Of a stretch of DNA of 64,000 bases, positions 27,561 through 35,864 are shown in pieces (positions within the stretch are counted from its first letter, which is position 1; the number at the start of each line of letters is the position of its first letter). Where the stretch lies: NCBI GenBank assembly GCA_965221065.1, contig OZ244861.1:1697566-1761565 (forward strand), given 5' to 3'. The DNA comes from Dehalococcoidia bacterium. GTDB taxonomy: Bacteria; Chloroflexota; Dehalococcoidia; Bin125. The notes under the pieces are model-generated. The model did not search any database. It was given only the letters and a program-made list of their open reading frames with translations, and was not told the origin of the DNA. The translations under genes and the position numbers were made by a program.

Positions 27561-28319
27561 TTAGCTGTTGGCGGCGATGAAGGACTGGATTCGCTGCCAG
27601 GCGTCGTCGCAGGCGTCGACGTGCTCGTCGTAGGAGCGGTCGAAGAAGCTGTGCGGGGCTCCTTCGTAGGTCACGATCTCCCGGGTGACGCCGCCGGATC
27701 CGAGGGCGGCATCCCACTCGGCGACGGCGTCGGCCGGGATGCTCTCGTCCGCTCCACCCATCAGGCCGAGGATCGGGCACTCGATCTCGGAGACGGTGGC
27801 TGAGGGAGCGGGAGCGCCGTTGAGGCCTTCGGCGGTCGGACGTCCGTAGAAGCCGATCGCGCCTGCCAGTCCGTGTCCGGCGGAGGCCTGCAACCAGCTG
27901 TTGCTGCCGCCGAAGCAGAAGCCGACGGTGAAGACGGCGCGGTCGGCGTCGTTGGCTCGCAGGACGGCGACCGCAGCGGCGGTGTCGGCGGAGACACCGT
28001 CGGCGGTCGTGCTGCGGACGTGTGGCCAGAAGTCGAACTCGGCGTCGCGCTTGGAGACGCCGGCGGTACGGCCGAAGTAGTCAATCGCGACGGCGTCAAC
28101 GCCGATCTCGGCGAAGCGGATGGCGAGCTCTTCGTAGAAGCGGAAGAGTCCGCGCACGTCCGGCAGGATGACCATTCCCGGTCCGCTCGGTGATTCGGCC
28201 CTCGCGTGGAATGCTGCGAACTCGACGCCGTCCGAAGCGGTCAGAGTGAGGTCTTCAACGTCGACGGCGGCTCCGGCAATCGGAGTGATGGCGGGCAGGG
28301 CTTCGTATCGGTGGCACAT
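27561..28319 (-). CDS. Dienelactone hydrolase family protein
   Basis: 252 aa. GFCFGG nucleophile elbow (Cys type, as in DLH) and the C-terminal YEGAPHSF His region. Confidence 0.8.
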   Translation of the reverse strand: MCHRYEALPAITPIAGAAVDVEDLTLTASDGVEFAAFHARAESPSGPGMVILPDVRGLFRFYEELAIRFAEIGVDAVAIDYFGRTAGVSKRDAEFDFWPHVRSTTADGVSADTAAAVAVLRANDADRAVFTVGFCFGGSNSWLQASAGHGLAGAIGFYGRPTAEGLNGAPAPSATVSEIECPILGLMGGADESIPADAVAEWDAALGSGGVTREIVTYEGAPHSFFDRSYDEHVDACDDAWQRIQSFIAANS

Positions 28320-28395
28320 GGTTGGTGTCCTCTCAGGCTGGTATCAGCCTTGCGAGGATAACCCGCCCGGCGTTCGATGCTGTTATCGCGCGGGA

Positions 28396-29661
28396 TCAGA
28401 TGATGCCGGCCTCGCGAAGCTCCGCTCTGGCGGATTCGTCGAGGCCGAGGAGATCGCCGTAGATCTCGTCATCGTGCTCGCCGCGGTTGGGAATCGGCGC
28501 TGTGAGCGCGGCCGGGCTTCGGGCCATCTTCCATGGGGTGCCCGTGTAGAGCGATCCGCCGCGCAGCGGCTCGGCGGCCTCAGCGCTGAGGTCGATGTTC
28601 GCGTGGGACAGCGTGGCATAGTCCTCATCGATCAGCAGGGCGGTCGGATCCATCATCGGGAAGGCGGGAACGCCCGCGCCCTGGAGCTGGATGCTCAACT
28701 CCATCGCTTCGTAGTTTCGAGTCCAGCTCGCAACGGCGTCGTCGAGCGCGTCCTGGTCGTTGAGGCGGCCTCGCATGGTTAACCATTCGGGTTGATCAAG
28801 GTGTGGGGCGAGCTCGCTGAGCGCCGACCACTCGTCGTCGGCGCGGACCACGATCGCCAGCCACGAGTCCTCGTCCATTGCGGGGTAGACGCCGTGCGGC
28901 GCCATGGCCGAACTCCGGTTGCCCTGTGGTCCCGCGTCGCGCCGGTTGAGCAGCCAGTTCATCAAGGGCCGGGCGGCGCGCTGCAGCGTCGCTTCGCCCT
29001 GGGCGAGGTCGATGAACTGGCCGAGACCGGTGCGTTCGCGATACTCAAGCGCGGCCAGCAGGGCGACGAAGGCATGACCGGCGGCGGTCGGGTCGAGATC
29101 GGCGGTGTCTTCGCGCGGCTGCGGGTCGTCCGGGTAGCCGAGCAGCGACTTGAGTCCGTAGAGGGCGGCCAGGGAGGGTCCGTAGGTGACCAGGTTGCGC
29201 CAGGGACCGTCGGTCGCGCCGGAGGCGGACAGGGCGACCATGATGAGCCGGGGATTGACCTCGGAAAGCACGTCGTAGGACAGGTCGAGGGAGGGCATCA
29301 CGCGGGGCGAGAAATTCTCGAGGACGACGTCGGACTGTTCGACCAGCTTGAGGTAGAGGTCGCGTCCGCGCGGATCGCCGAGGTGGATCGCGATTGACTT
29401 CTTGCCGCGGTCGAGGCCGTGGAAGGCGCGGGGATCGTCGGCCGGCGTGGAGCCGCGGTCGCCGCCGATCGAGCCGACGGGGGCGCGTTGGCCGCCGATC
29501 GAGACACCCGAGAGTCGGTGGGGCGCGCCGACCTTGATGACCTCAGCGCCGAGATCGGCGAGGAACATGCCGAGCAGCGGACCGGCCCAGACGTGGCCGT
29601 GATCGAGGACTCGGAGTCCGGTGAGGGGCGGCATGGTTTGGGAGTTTAGGGCGTGTTGCAT
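28396..29661 (-). CDS. Family III CoA-transferase (CaiB/BaiF-like)
   Basis: LTGLRVLDHGHVWAGPLLGMFLADLGAEVIKV is the family N-terminal signature. The ORF track start 29796 adds 45 unlikely residues; ATG 29661 (MQHALNSQTMPPLTG...) is preferred. Confidence 0.8.
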   Translation of the reverse strand: MQHALNSQTMPPLTGLRVLDHGHVWAGPLLGMFLADLGAEVIKVGAPHRLSGVSIGGQRAPVGSIGGDRGSTPADDPRAFHGLDRGKKSIAIHLGDPRGRDLYLKLVEQSDVVLENFSPRVMPSLDLSYDVLSEVNPRLIMVALSASGATDGPWRNLVTYGPSLAALYGLKSLLGYPDDPQPREDTADLDPTAAGHAFVALLAALEYRERTGLGQFIDLAQGEATLQRAARPLMNWLLNRRDAGPQGNRSSAMAPHGVYPAMDEDSWLAIVVRADDEWSALSELAPHLDQPEWLTMRGRLNDQDALDDAVASWTRNYEAMELSIQLQGAGVPAFPMMDPTALLIDEDYATLSHANIDLSAEAAEPLRGGSLYTGTPWKMARSPAALTAPIPNRGEHDDEIYGDLLGLDESARAELREAGII

Positions 29662-29740
29662 CTCGTTGGGATTGTTCGGACGTGGGTCGATCTTGCGAGT
29701 TTCAGGTTTACGGCGAAAAATTCTTTCGGCGGTGGAAACA

Positions 29741-29771
29741 CACGATCTCCAGCGATTCACTGGAGATCGTG
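29741..29771. other. Perfect 12-bp-stem hairpin (possible terminator or attenuator)
   Basis: CACGATCTCCAG-cgattca-CTGGAGATCGTG. It lies in the 414-bp non-coding gap between the GIY-YIG gene stop (30076) and the CoA-transferase start (29661). Confidence 0.5.
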
Positions 29772-29785
29772 CTTTCAGATTTTCA

Positions 29786-29839
29786 GGTTCGTTCATGTTT
29801 CGCTGTTCGGTTTTGTTCGGGTCTGTTCGACTGTGTTCG
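29786..29839 (+). repeat. 10-bp-phased direct repeats of (T)GTTCG, 4 exact and 2 degenerate copies
   Basis: TGTTCG occurs at 29804, 29814, 29824 and 29834, exactly 10 bp apart. These are preceded by GGTTCG at 29786 and TGTTTCG at 29796. Confidence 0.8.
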
Positions 29840-30075
29840 ATTCTGGACGGATTTTGGTCGGCGCTGGGCGGAGGTGAGCGGGGTTGGACGGCGGTGTGCA
29901 GTACCGGATTGGGAAGCTGTCTGGGTCATGGTCTGTGGCCTTGCGTTGGCGATGGCAGGTCACTGTAACAGAACATGAGTGCGGTGAGGGAAGCGAAGGG
30001 TCAAGTGGTTGACGGTGGTTGGTTCCTTCGCCCGCGAAGCGCGACGAAACCGAATCTTTCGAACTGCGCTGCGCT

Positions 30076-30762
30076 TTACTCCGTGTCCTGCAAGCGACGT
30101 TCCGCCAAGAAGACGATCCTCCTGGCCTGGGTCAGCAATGTCCTCCTGATTCCCGTGCTCGTGATCCTTCGACGGCTAATCACGTTGGCCAAATCAGAAA
30201 GCGCCGCCGCGCGCTGGGCGATCCGAACATCGGCATGTTGACGGCGTTGAAACACGTCATCGGGGACGATTTTGAATCTTGCCGATCTGGGAAGAGCGAT
30301 ACGTTCCGCTTCGGTGGGGCGATCCTCGTTGAGAACGGCATTGAATCGGGACTGTTCCTCGAGCATCGTGAACACCGTGTACTCGGCCGCTACCAGGGTG
30401 TCTTTTGCAGCTTCCCGATCAGCCTTGGGATCTAGGTCCCAAAACGGCCATATCTCGATCTCTGCAACTTCGAAAGGATCGAGCACCCGCTTGGCCACTG
30501 CATCGGAGCGCTGACCAGTGAGATGCCTACCAATGCGGCCCGCGATGCTCTCGTACGACTGCCCGACGTAGATTGGCTCTCCGTCGTAGTCGAAAAATGC
30601 GTACACACCGCACGATGCGTGACGAAGCATCCGGCCGTTCGCGTCTTTGGTGTTGAGTGCCTCACGCAGTTGCCTGAGAATGGCCGCCACGTCATCAGGT
30701 GGCTCGTCAGTTCGTTGTTGAGGATTGGAACCAGAACTGGTCATCGCTCTGTGCCGTGCCAC
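30076..30762 (-). CDS. GIY-YIG nuclease, probable type II restriction endonuclease (Eco29kI/Cfr42I class)
   Basis: 228 aa. GVYAFFDYDGEPIYVGQS supplies the GIY-(10)-YIG pair; it is followed by GRIGRHL (Arg/His) and downstream EIEIW and NAVLN. It is the last gene of the MTase-Vsr-nuclease operon and overlaps vsr by 22 nt. Confidence 0.65.
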   Translation of the reverse strand: MARHRAMTSSGSNPQQRTDEPPDDVAAILRQLREALNTKDANGRMLRHASCGVYAFFDYDGEPIYVGQSYESIAGRIGRHLTGQRSDAVAKRVLDPFEVAEIEIWPFWDLDPKADREAAKDTLVAAEYTVFTMLEEQSRFNAVLNEDRPTEAERIALPRSARFKIVPDDVFQRRQHADVRIAQRAAALSDLANVISRRRITSTGIRRTLLTQARRIVFLAERRLQDTE

Positions 30763-31208
30763 TCGAGTCCTGTCGGTGGGAGCTGTTGGTCGGTCCCGTC
30801 CGTGAATGCCTCAATGAAGTCTGCGACCGCCTCTAAGTCCCTGCCAATCGCACGATCGGTCACCCGAATGACCATCCAACCGGAGCTAGTGAGTTGGCAG
30901 TTGACTCGACGGTCTCTGTCCATGTTTCTTGCGATCTTGGTTCGCCAGTATTCGGTCATCTCCGCGTAGCGATCGGCGGTGTGTTTCTTGCCGTGCCAGA
31001 ATTCGCCGTCGACGAAAATCGCGAGCTTGCGTCCAACCATGGCGATGTCTGGACGGCCTGGCGCTCTTGCGTAATCGACGCGATAGCGGAGGCCACGACG
31101 AAACAACTCCTTACGCAGCGCCAGTTCAGGCTTGGTGTCCTTGCGGCGAATGCGGCGCATGGTCTCAGAGCGTTTTTCGGGCGTGAATGTGTCGCGTCGA
31201 CTCGCCAA
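30741..31208 (-). CDS. vsr: Very-short-patch repair endonuclease
   Basis: 155 aa. Motifs: RSETMRRIRRKDTKPELALRKELFRRGLRYRV and AIFVDGEFWHGK. Confidence 0.9.
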   Translation of the reverse strand: MASRRDTFTPEKRSETMRRIRRKDTKPELALRKELFRRGLRYRVDYARAPGRPDIAMVGRKLAIFVDGEFWHGKKHTADRYAEMTEYWRTKIARNMDRDRRVNCQLTSSGWMVIRVTDRAIGRDLEAVADFIEAFTDGTDQQLPPTGLEWHGTER

Positions 31209-31212
31209 TTGG

Positions 31213-32379
31213 TCAGCTCCCAGCAGCGACAGCTACGGCTCGGTCGTCCGCGAATCTAGTTTGGACCACCCCGGGTTGGGATACGTCTTGAAGCAGGAAT
31301 CCCAACGCTGAGTTGACCAGCCATTTGACGGCCGGCACGCAAACCGCGTCGCCGAAGCCGCTTTGGGCTTGCCGCCGGCCAACATTGATAGGAAAGTCGC
31401 CGGCACCCTGAAGACGCGCGTACTCGCGGCCGGTTAACGGTCGGACGCGCGGTCTGTCGCCTCTGCAGTCCACCAAGAACTGAACGCTGCTACCACCGTT
31501 GGCGGTTCGCAGACATCCAGCGATGCTGTCGCTGCGGACCTCTCCCACGGTGCGCCCGCGTCGAACGCGGCGATACATCGTGGCCACTCCGTCTCGCTTC
31601 CCCAGCAGAAGCTCGCCAATCCGAAACGCGTGCCGATCGTGCATCGCCTCGCGCAAGTCTCGGACACGATCCTCGGGCCACCACGATTCATCGTCGGCGG
31701 GCACACGTTCCAGGATGTCGACCAAGCGCATTGGAGCCTTTTCCGGTGGTTCCGGCAGGTTGGATTCGAAAAAGTCGATCCCGCGATGCGAGGACTGGAA
31801 TGAACGAATGGCAGCGGTTCGCAGACGGGTGACATCGCCAGTGGGAGGGAGTGGGCGCTCGACCAAGTCCCGGCGAACCGCCAACAGGAACAAACGGGGC
31901 CGACTCTGGGGAGAGAACCATTTCGCGTCGACGACGACCAGATCAAGGAAGTAGCCCAAGTCGCCGATCCGTACGCACACTTCCTCAAGATCGCGACCGC
32001 CGTGCGACGTCACGAAGCCGGTGACGTTCTCCAGCAACAGAGCTTGTGGCGGTGTCCGGTCGCTGACGAGTCCAGCGGCAAGATCGAGGAACGGCCAGAC
32101 CGTGCCTGAATGCTCGCCAGCCAAGCCTCGCCTGTTACCCGCGAGCGAGAGGTCGATACAGGGAAACGAGGCCGTCAGCAGATCGAGGTCGTTGGGGAGG
32201 TCTGTTAGGCGTAGGTGGTTGATATCGCCAACGACGAGGTGGTCGTCGCCGAAGCGTTCTCGATACATCTCCGCCTTGTCCGGCGCGATGTCGTTGGCGA
32301 AGACGCAGTTCCAACCGAGCGGCTCGATCGCCTCGCGAACGAGACCAATGCCGGAAAAAAACTCAGCGAATTGCGCCAT
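31213..32379 (-). CDS. DNA (cytosine-5)-methyltransferase
   Basis: 388 aa. Motif I FAEFFSGIGL, motif IV SFPCIDLS, motif VI LLENVTGF, motif VIII QSRPRLF, motif IX REYARLQG, motif X FGDAVCVPAV. Confidence 0.9.
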   Translation of the reverse strand: MAQFAEFFSGIGLVREAIEPLGWNCVFANDIAPDKAEMYRERFGDDHLVVGDINHLRLTDLPNDLDLLTASFPCIDLSLAGNRRGLAGEHSGTVWPFLDLAAGLVSDRTPPQALLLENVTGFVTSHGGRDLEEVCVRIGDLGYFLDLVVVDAKWFSPQSRPRLFLLAVRRDLVERPLPPTGDVTRLRTAAIRSFQSSHRGIDFFESNLPEPPEKAPMRLVDILERVPADDESWWPEDRVRDLREAMHDRHAFRIGELLLGKRDGVATMYRRVRRGRTVGEVRSDSIAGCLRTANGGSSVQFLVDCRGDRPRVRPLTGREYARLQGAGDFPINVGRRQAQSGFGDAVCVPAVKWLVNSALGFLLQDVSQPGVVQTRFADDRAVAVAAGS

Positions 32380-32474
32380 TATGTCCCCAGTCGCTGCAGT
32401 CTACCGTCAGACTTCTATTGTACTGATGTTCTGTTGATGAGCGCTACCCTCCTCTTCAAGGGAGTCCGATAACC

Positions 32475-33299
32475 ATGAGAATCACCTTCTGCGGATCGGG
32501 GGCGGGGGGGTCGGTGAACCCTCGGCGTGGGGCTGCGTCGATCCATCTGGCTCATGGTGATGCGCGCATTCTGGTAGACACGGGACCGGGGTTCATGGAG
32601 CGGATGGTGGACACGGGGCTGGATGCGGATGCAGTGTCGGACGTGGTCTTCTCACATCTGCACTTCGACCACGCGATGGGGGTCGTGGAGCTGTTCACGC
32701 GGCTGATCGTTCGCAGGGGTGCGCCAGTGACGGTCTTTGGGCCTCGCGACACGGACACGTACATCGAGGCGGCGCTGGCTTTTGCCCGGGTCAATGCAAC
32801 CAACGATCGCACTCGGGAGTGGTTGGAGGGCGTGGCGGTGGAGCTGACCCGTCCCGGCGACGAGCGAGAGCTGGGCGAGATGGAGGTGCGCTCGGTCGAG
32901 GTACCGCATGCGCCGTACCTGGAGTGCCTGGCGCGGCGCTTTGAGGCTGGCGGACGCTCGCTGGTCTACACGGGGGACACGACCTACGCGCCCGAGATAC
33001 TGGTCCCGCTGGCCGACGGCGCCGATGTGTTGGTGCATGAGGCGTATACGGAGTCGTGCCTGGAGCGGATGGCAGAGGGACTGTCGGAGTCGGCGCGCGC
33101 GGGACTGTATCGCGGCGTGGGGGGGACACACTCGACGGCGGAGTCGGCGGGCCGGATCGCCCGCTACGCGGGCGTGAACACGCTGGTCCTGACCCACATC
33201 ATGTCGCTAGAGCACGACTGGGAGCTGGTCGAGGAAGCGCGGCGGGCGTTCGACGGGACGATCGTGCTCGCTGCGGACGGACTGTCACTGGAAATCTGA
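32475..33299 (+). CDS. MBL-fold metallo-hydrolase
   Basis: 274 aa. The FSHLHFDH (HxHxDH) motif with later H/D ligands (VHEAY, LTHI). Confidence 0.75.
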   Translation: MRITFCGSGAGGSVNPRRGAASIHLAHGDARILVDTGPGFMERMVDTGLDADAVSDVVFSHLHFDHAMGVVELFTRLIVRRGAPVTVFGPRDTDTYIEAALAFARVNATNDRTREWLEGVAVELTRPGDERELGEMEVRSVEVPHAPYLECLARRFEAGGRSLVYTGDTTYAPEILVPLADGADVLVHEAYTESCLERMAEGLSESARAGLYRGVGGTHSTAESAGRIARYAGVNTLVLTHIMSLEHDWELVEEARRAFDGTIVLAADGLSLEI

Positions 33300-33307
33300 G
33301 GTTGTTC

Positions 33308-33673
33308 ATGCGAGTGCGAGAGCTGACGCTGATGGTCGGCACGGGCCAGCTCGAGGCGATGACGCGGTTCTACGGGGCGACACTGGGGCTCGAGCGGGTG
33401 GCGAAGTACCGCGATCCGGTGTTCGAGGCTGCGGGCGGGTTCATCCGGTTGCTCGACCACTCGGAGATCTCGGGGCCGACGCTGGAGCCGGCGCGGATGC
33501 AGATCAACCTCTTTGTCGACGACGTATCGCGGGAGTTCCGTCGGGTGATATCGGCGGACCCGGACATCCGGGTGCATCGTGAGCCGGAGCGTGAGTCCTG
33601 GGGCGGCGAAGTCGCTACGCTGCTCGATCCGGACGGTAACTTTGTCCAGTTGCTTGAACTAGTGGGGGATTGA
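33308..33673 (+). CDS. VOC/glyoxalase-family protein
   Basis: Sits in frame inside track ORF 33056..33673. ATG 33308 gives MRVRELTLMVG...FYGATLGLE...WGGEVATLLDPDGNFVQLLE, the glyoxalase-fold pattern. Confidence 0.65.
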   Translation: MRVRELTLMVGTGQLEAMTRFYGATLGLERVAKYRDPVFEAAGGFIRLLDHSEISGPTLEPARMQINLFVDDVSREFRRVISADPDIRVHREPERESWGGEVATLLDPDGNFVQLLELVGD

Positions 33674-33725
33674 TCCCCGCTGACGCTCCTGAAGCTCAGG
33701 CGATTGACCCAGAACGGAGATCGAG

Positions 33726-33989
33726 ATGGAAGCGATCGTGGTCATCGTCGCAGTGGTCGTTGTGATTCTCCTGGCTATCCGATACCTATCCTCCGTCCCC
33801 AGCGAGGCGGCAACGAAAGAGAGCGAGCAGCGGGCACAGCGGCACGTGGAGGACGACATTGTTCCGCTGGTCGGCTTCGGCGTCATGGGTGGCGATCTGC
33901 TCGATGGCGATGCACCGATCGACGGGGATGACCACAACGGCGCGCTGCCAGACGACCGGGGGTATGAGGACGAACAGATGGATGACTGA
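33726..33989 (+). CDS. Small membrane-anchored acidic protein, hypothetical
   Basis: 87 aa. One N-terminal TM helix (AIVVIVAVVVVILLAI) and an Asp/Glu-rich tail. Confidence 0.4.
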   Translation: MEAIVVIVAVVVVILLAIRYLSSVPSEAATKESEQRAQRHVEDDIVPLVGFGVMGGDLLDGDAPIDGDDHNGALPDDRGYEDEQMDD

Positions 33990-34045
33990 CCCGTCCGTCG
34001 TGAGAGCGTGCCTTCAGACGACGGAATAGCGCAAGGAGCGATCAC

Positions 34046-34477
34046 ATGGGCCGGACGATATCGGTCAGCGAGACGATCAATCGGCCGCCCGAAGAGGTGT
34101 GGGCCGTGCTGACCGATTGGCCGGGTGCGGTGCGCTGGATGAACGGGATCGAGTCGATGACGATCGACGGCGAGACGGTAGAGGGGGCTCGGGTCCAGTT
34201 CTTCACGCGGGGGCAGGATCGCGAATCCGTGATTGCGCGTTGCGATCCGGGGCGGTCGGTCACGCTGCGTTCGCAGCAGGGCGGTGTCACGGCCGACTAC
34301 ACGTACTCGGTTGAGCCGGCCGGGGATGGTAGGAGTCGGGTCAGTCTCGAGGCCGAGTGCCAGTTCAGCGGGCTGCAGTATCTGCTGCTGGGGCCGTTGA
34401 TCCGGTTTGCGATTCGTCGGACGGATGGTGGTCAGATTGCGGCGCTGAAGCGGGTTGTTGAGGGGGAGTTGCGATAG
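34046..34477 (+). CDS. SRPBCC (START/polyketide-cyclase-like) family protein
   Basis: 143 aa. The opening ISVSETINRPPEEVWAVLTDWPGAVRWMNGIES is typical of this superfamily. Confidence 0.7.
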   Translation: MGRTISVSETINRPPEEVWAVLTDWPGAVRWMNGIESMTIDGETVEGARVQFFTRGQDRESVIARCDPGRSVTLRSQQGGVTADYTYSVEPAGDGRSRVSLEAECQFSGLQYLLLGPLIRFAIRRTDGGQIAALKRVVEGELR

Positions 34478-34490
34478 TTGCTGGGGCTGG

Positions 34491-34567
34491 GAGCCCCCCT
34501 CTGCCCCCGCATCAAGTGCGGGGCAGGCTTTAGGCATCTCCCCCCGCTGCGCGGGGGGAGAAAGGGG
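34491..34567 (+). repeat. REP-like double-hairpin element, copy F (enlarged first hairpin)
   Basis: gagcccccctctgcccccgcatcaagtgcggggcaggctttaggcatctccccccgctgcgcggggggagaaagggg. The first hairpin is CTGCCCCGC-atcaagt-GCGGGGCAG; the second stem is TCTCCCCCC/GGGGGGAGA. Confidence 0.85.
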
Positions 34568-34595
34568 CTGGTTCGCGCGTGAAGCGGGTCTGGAG

Positions 34596-35474
34596 TTAGC
34601 GGATGTAGGCGGGGGCGTCGTCGGTGTCGGCGGCGATGATGGCCATGTCTTCGGCGTCGAGGTCGTCGAGTTCGCCCTGACGGTAGGCGTCGTAGAGGTT
34701 GAAGAGTTCGGTCTTGTGCGGGCGCTTGCGGCCGATGGGGCAGGCTTCCCAGGCTTCGTAGTCCTCGTCGCAGTAACCGAGGCGGCGTTCACCGCACTTG
34801 GGCTGGAGCTGCCGGCCCAGTTCCGGGGCGACCTTGACGACTTCGGCCCGCATCAGCGAGACGACCTTGCGGAACTCCCACTGTGCGCGAGTGCAGAGAC
34901 GGAGGTCGGAGATGTGCAGGAGCGAGGCGAAGTTGACCGTGATCTTGAAGTTGGTGTTGGTCGCATTGGGCAACAGAAAGCGAGCGTCCTCGGCGGGCAC
35001 GCCGGCCTCGACCATCTTCTCGTAGAGCGCGCCGGCCTGAGCGAAGAGCGCCGTCATATCGTCGCCGAGCCCGGCTTTCTCCACGGTTTTGGGCACGGTG
35101 TAGGGAAAGGCGCCGCCCTTGTAGGTGACGTAGCGCTGGCTCTGCTGCTCGAAGCTGATCCCGATGCGGTGACGCACGAACTGGTGCGAGAAGGCGCGCG
35201 AGACGCCGGAGATGCCGAACTCGAAGTGGACCTGCTCGAGCGGGGACATGTGGCCGGTGAGCAGGCGGGCCTCGACGAATTCGAGCATTTTCTCCTGTGG
35301 AATGCGCTCGTCGTCGATGCGGTCGAGCACCTGCTGCGGCGTCAGGGCCGAGTAGCAGACGCGGTACGCCATGTAGAGCGCGCGGATCGGATCCTTGGTG
35401 TGGTCGATCAGTTTGACGGAGATAGCCACGTCTACTCGTTCACCGGTTCGGCAGCATGTTGTTGGATATGTCAA
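34596..35474 (-). CDS. thyX: FAD-dependent thymidylate synthase
   Basis: Carries the ThyX signature FVRHRIGISFEQQSQRY (RHRxxSxxxxSxR). The track start is TTG 35474; GTG at 35429 (VAISVKLIDHTKDP...) is a plausible alternative. Confidence 0.9.
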   Translation of the reverse strand: MTYPTTCCRTGERVDVAISVKLIDHTKDPIRALYMAYRVCYSALTPQQVLDRIDDERIPQEKMLEFVEARLLTGHMSPLEQVHFEFGISGVSRAFSHQFVRHRIGISFEQQSQRYVTYKGGAFPYTVPKTVEKAGLGDDMTALFAQAGALYEKMVEAGVPAEDARFLLPNATNTNFKITVNFASLLHISDLRLCTRAQWEFRKVVSLMRAEVVKVAPELGRQLQPKCGERRLGYCDEDYEAWEACPIGRKRPHKTELFNLYDAYRQGELDDLDAEDMAIIAADTDDAPAYIR

Positions 35475-35516
35475 CTGAATATAGCGGAGGACGAATTGTG
35501 ATTGGCATGGTTCGCT

Positions 35517-35831
35517 TCAGATGTACCGCGCGGTGCTCCACGGCTTCCAGCCGCTTTTGCGCCAGATTCGCAGGGCATAGCGCGCGTTGTAGAGCGGGCG
35601 CATCGCGAGGACCGGATCGAGTCGCTCACCGATCTCGGCATCGCCGAAGTACTGCCACCAGGCATTGATCTGGAAGAGACCGTAACTGCCACCGGACGGG
35701 TCATCCTTGTTGACCGCTCGGGGGTTCCAACGACTCTCGTGGTAGGAGATCGTGAGGGCGTTCTCCAGTTCGTTGTCGGGCCAGCCGGCAGCACGCAGTA
35801 CTTCGCGAAGACGCGGTTCGGCGATGGTCAT
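35517..35831 (-). CDS. Lysozyme-like / SLT-domain transglycosylase without a signal peptide
   Basis: 104 aa. ISYHESRWNPRAVN...GSYGLFQIN matches the catalytic-Glu and GLxQ motifs of soluble lytic transglycosylase folds. There is no N-terminal hydrophobic segment. Confidence 0.6.
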   Translation of the reverse strand: MTIAEPRLREVLRAAGWPDNELENALTISYHESRWNPRAVNKDDPSGGSYGLFQINAWWQYFGDAEIGERLDPVLAMRPLYNARYALRIWRKSGWKPWSTARYI

Positions 35832-35864
35832 GGATTGCGCAGGGGAGTGGCGTGGACGGCGGGT

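Noticed and set aside
29975-30241. 88-aa plus-strand ORF at the edge of the R-M cassette as a possible controller (C) protein
   Set aside because: It overlaps the 3' part of the GIY-YIG gene on the opposite strand. It has no helix-turn-helix-like segment and looks hydrophobic and low-complexity.
33659-34792. 377-aa minus-strand ORF
   Set aside because: It runs antisense across three plus-strand genes and REP copy F. It is Pro/Arg/Ser/Thr-rich, low-complexity and has no recognisable domain.
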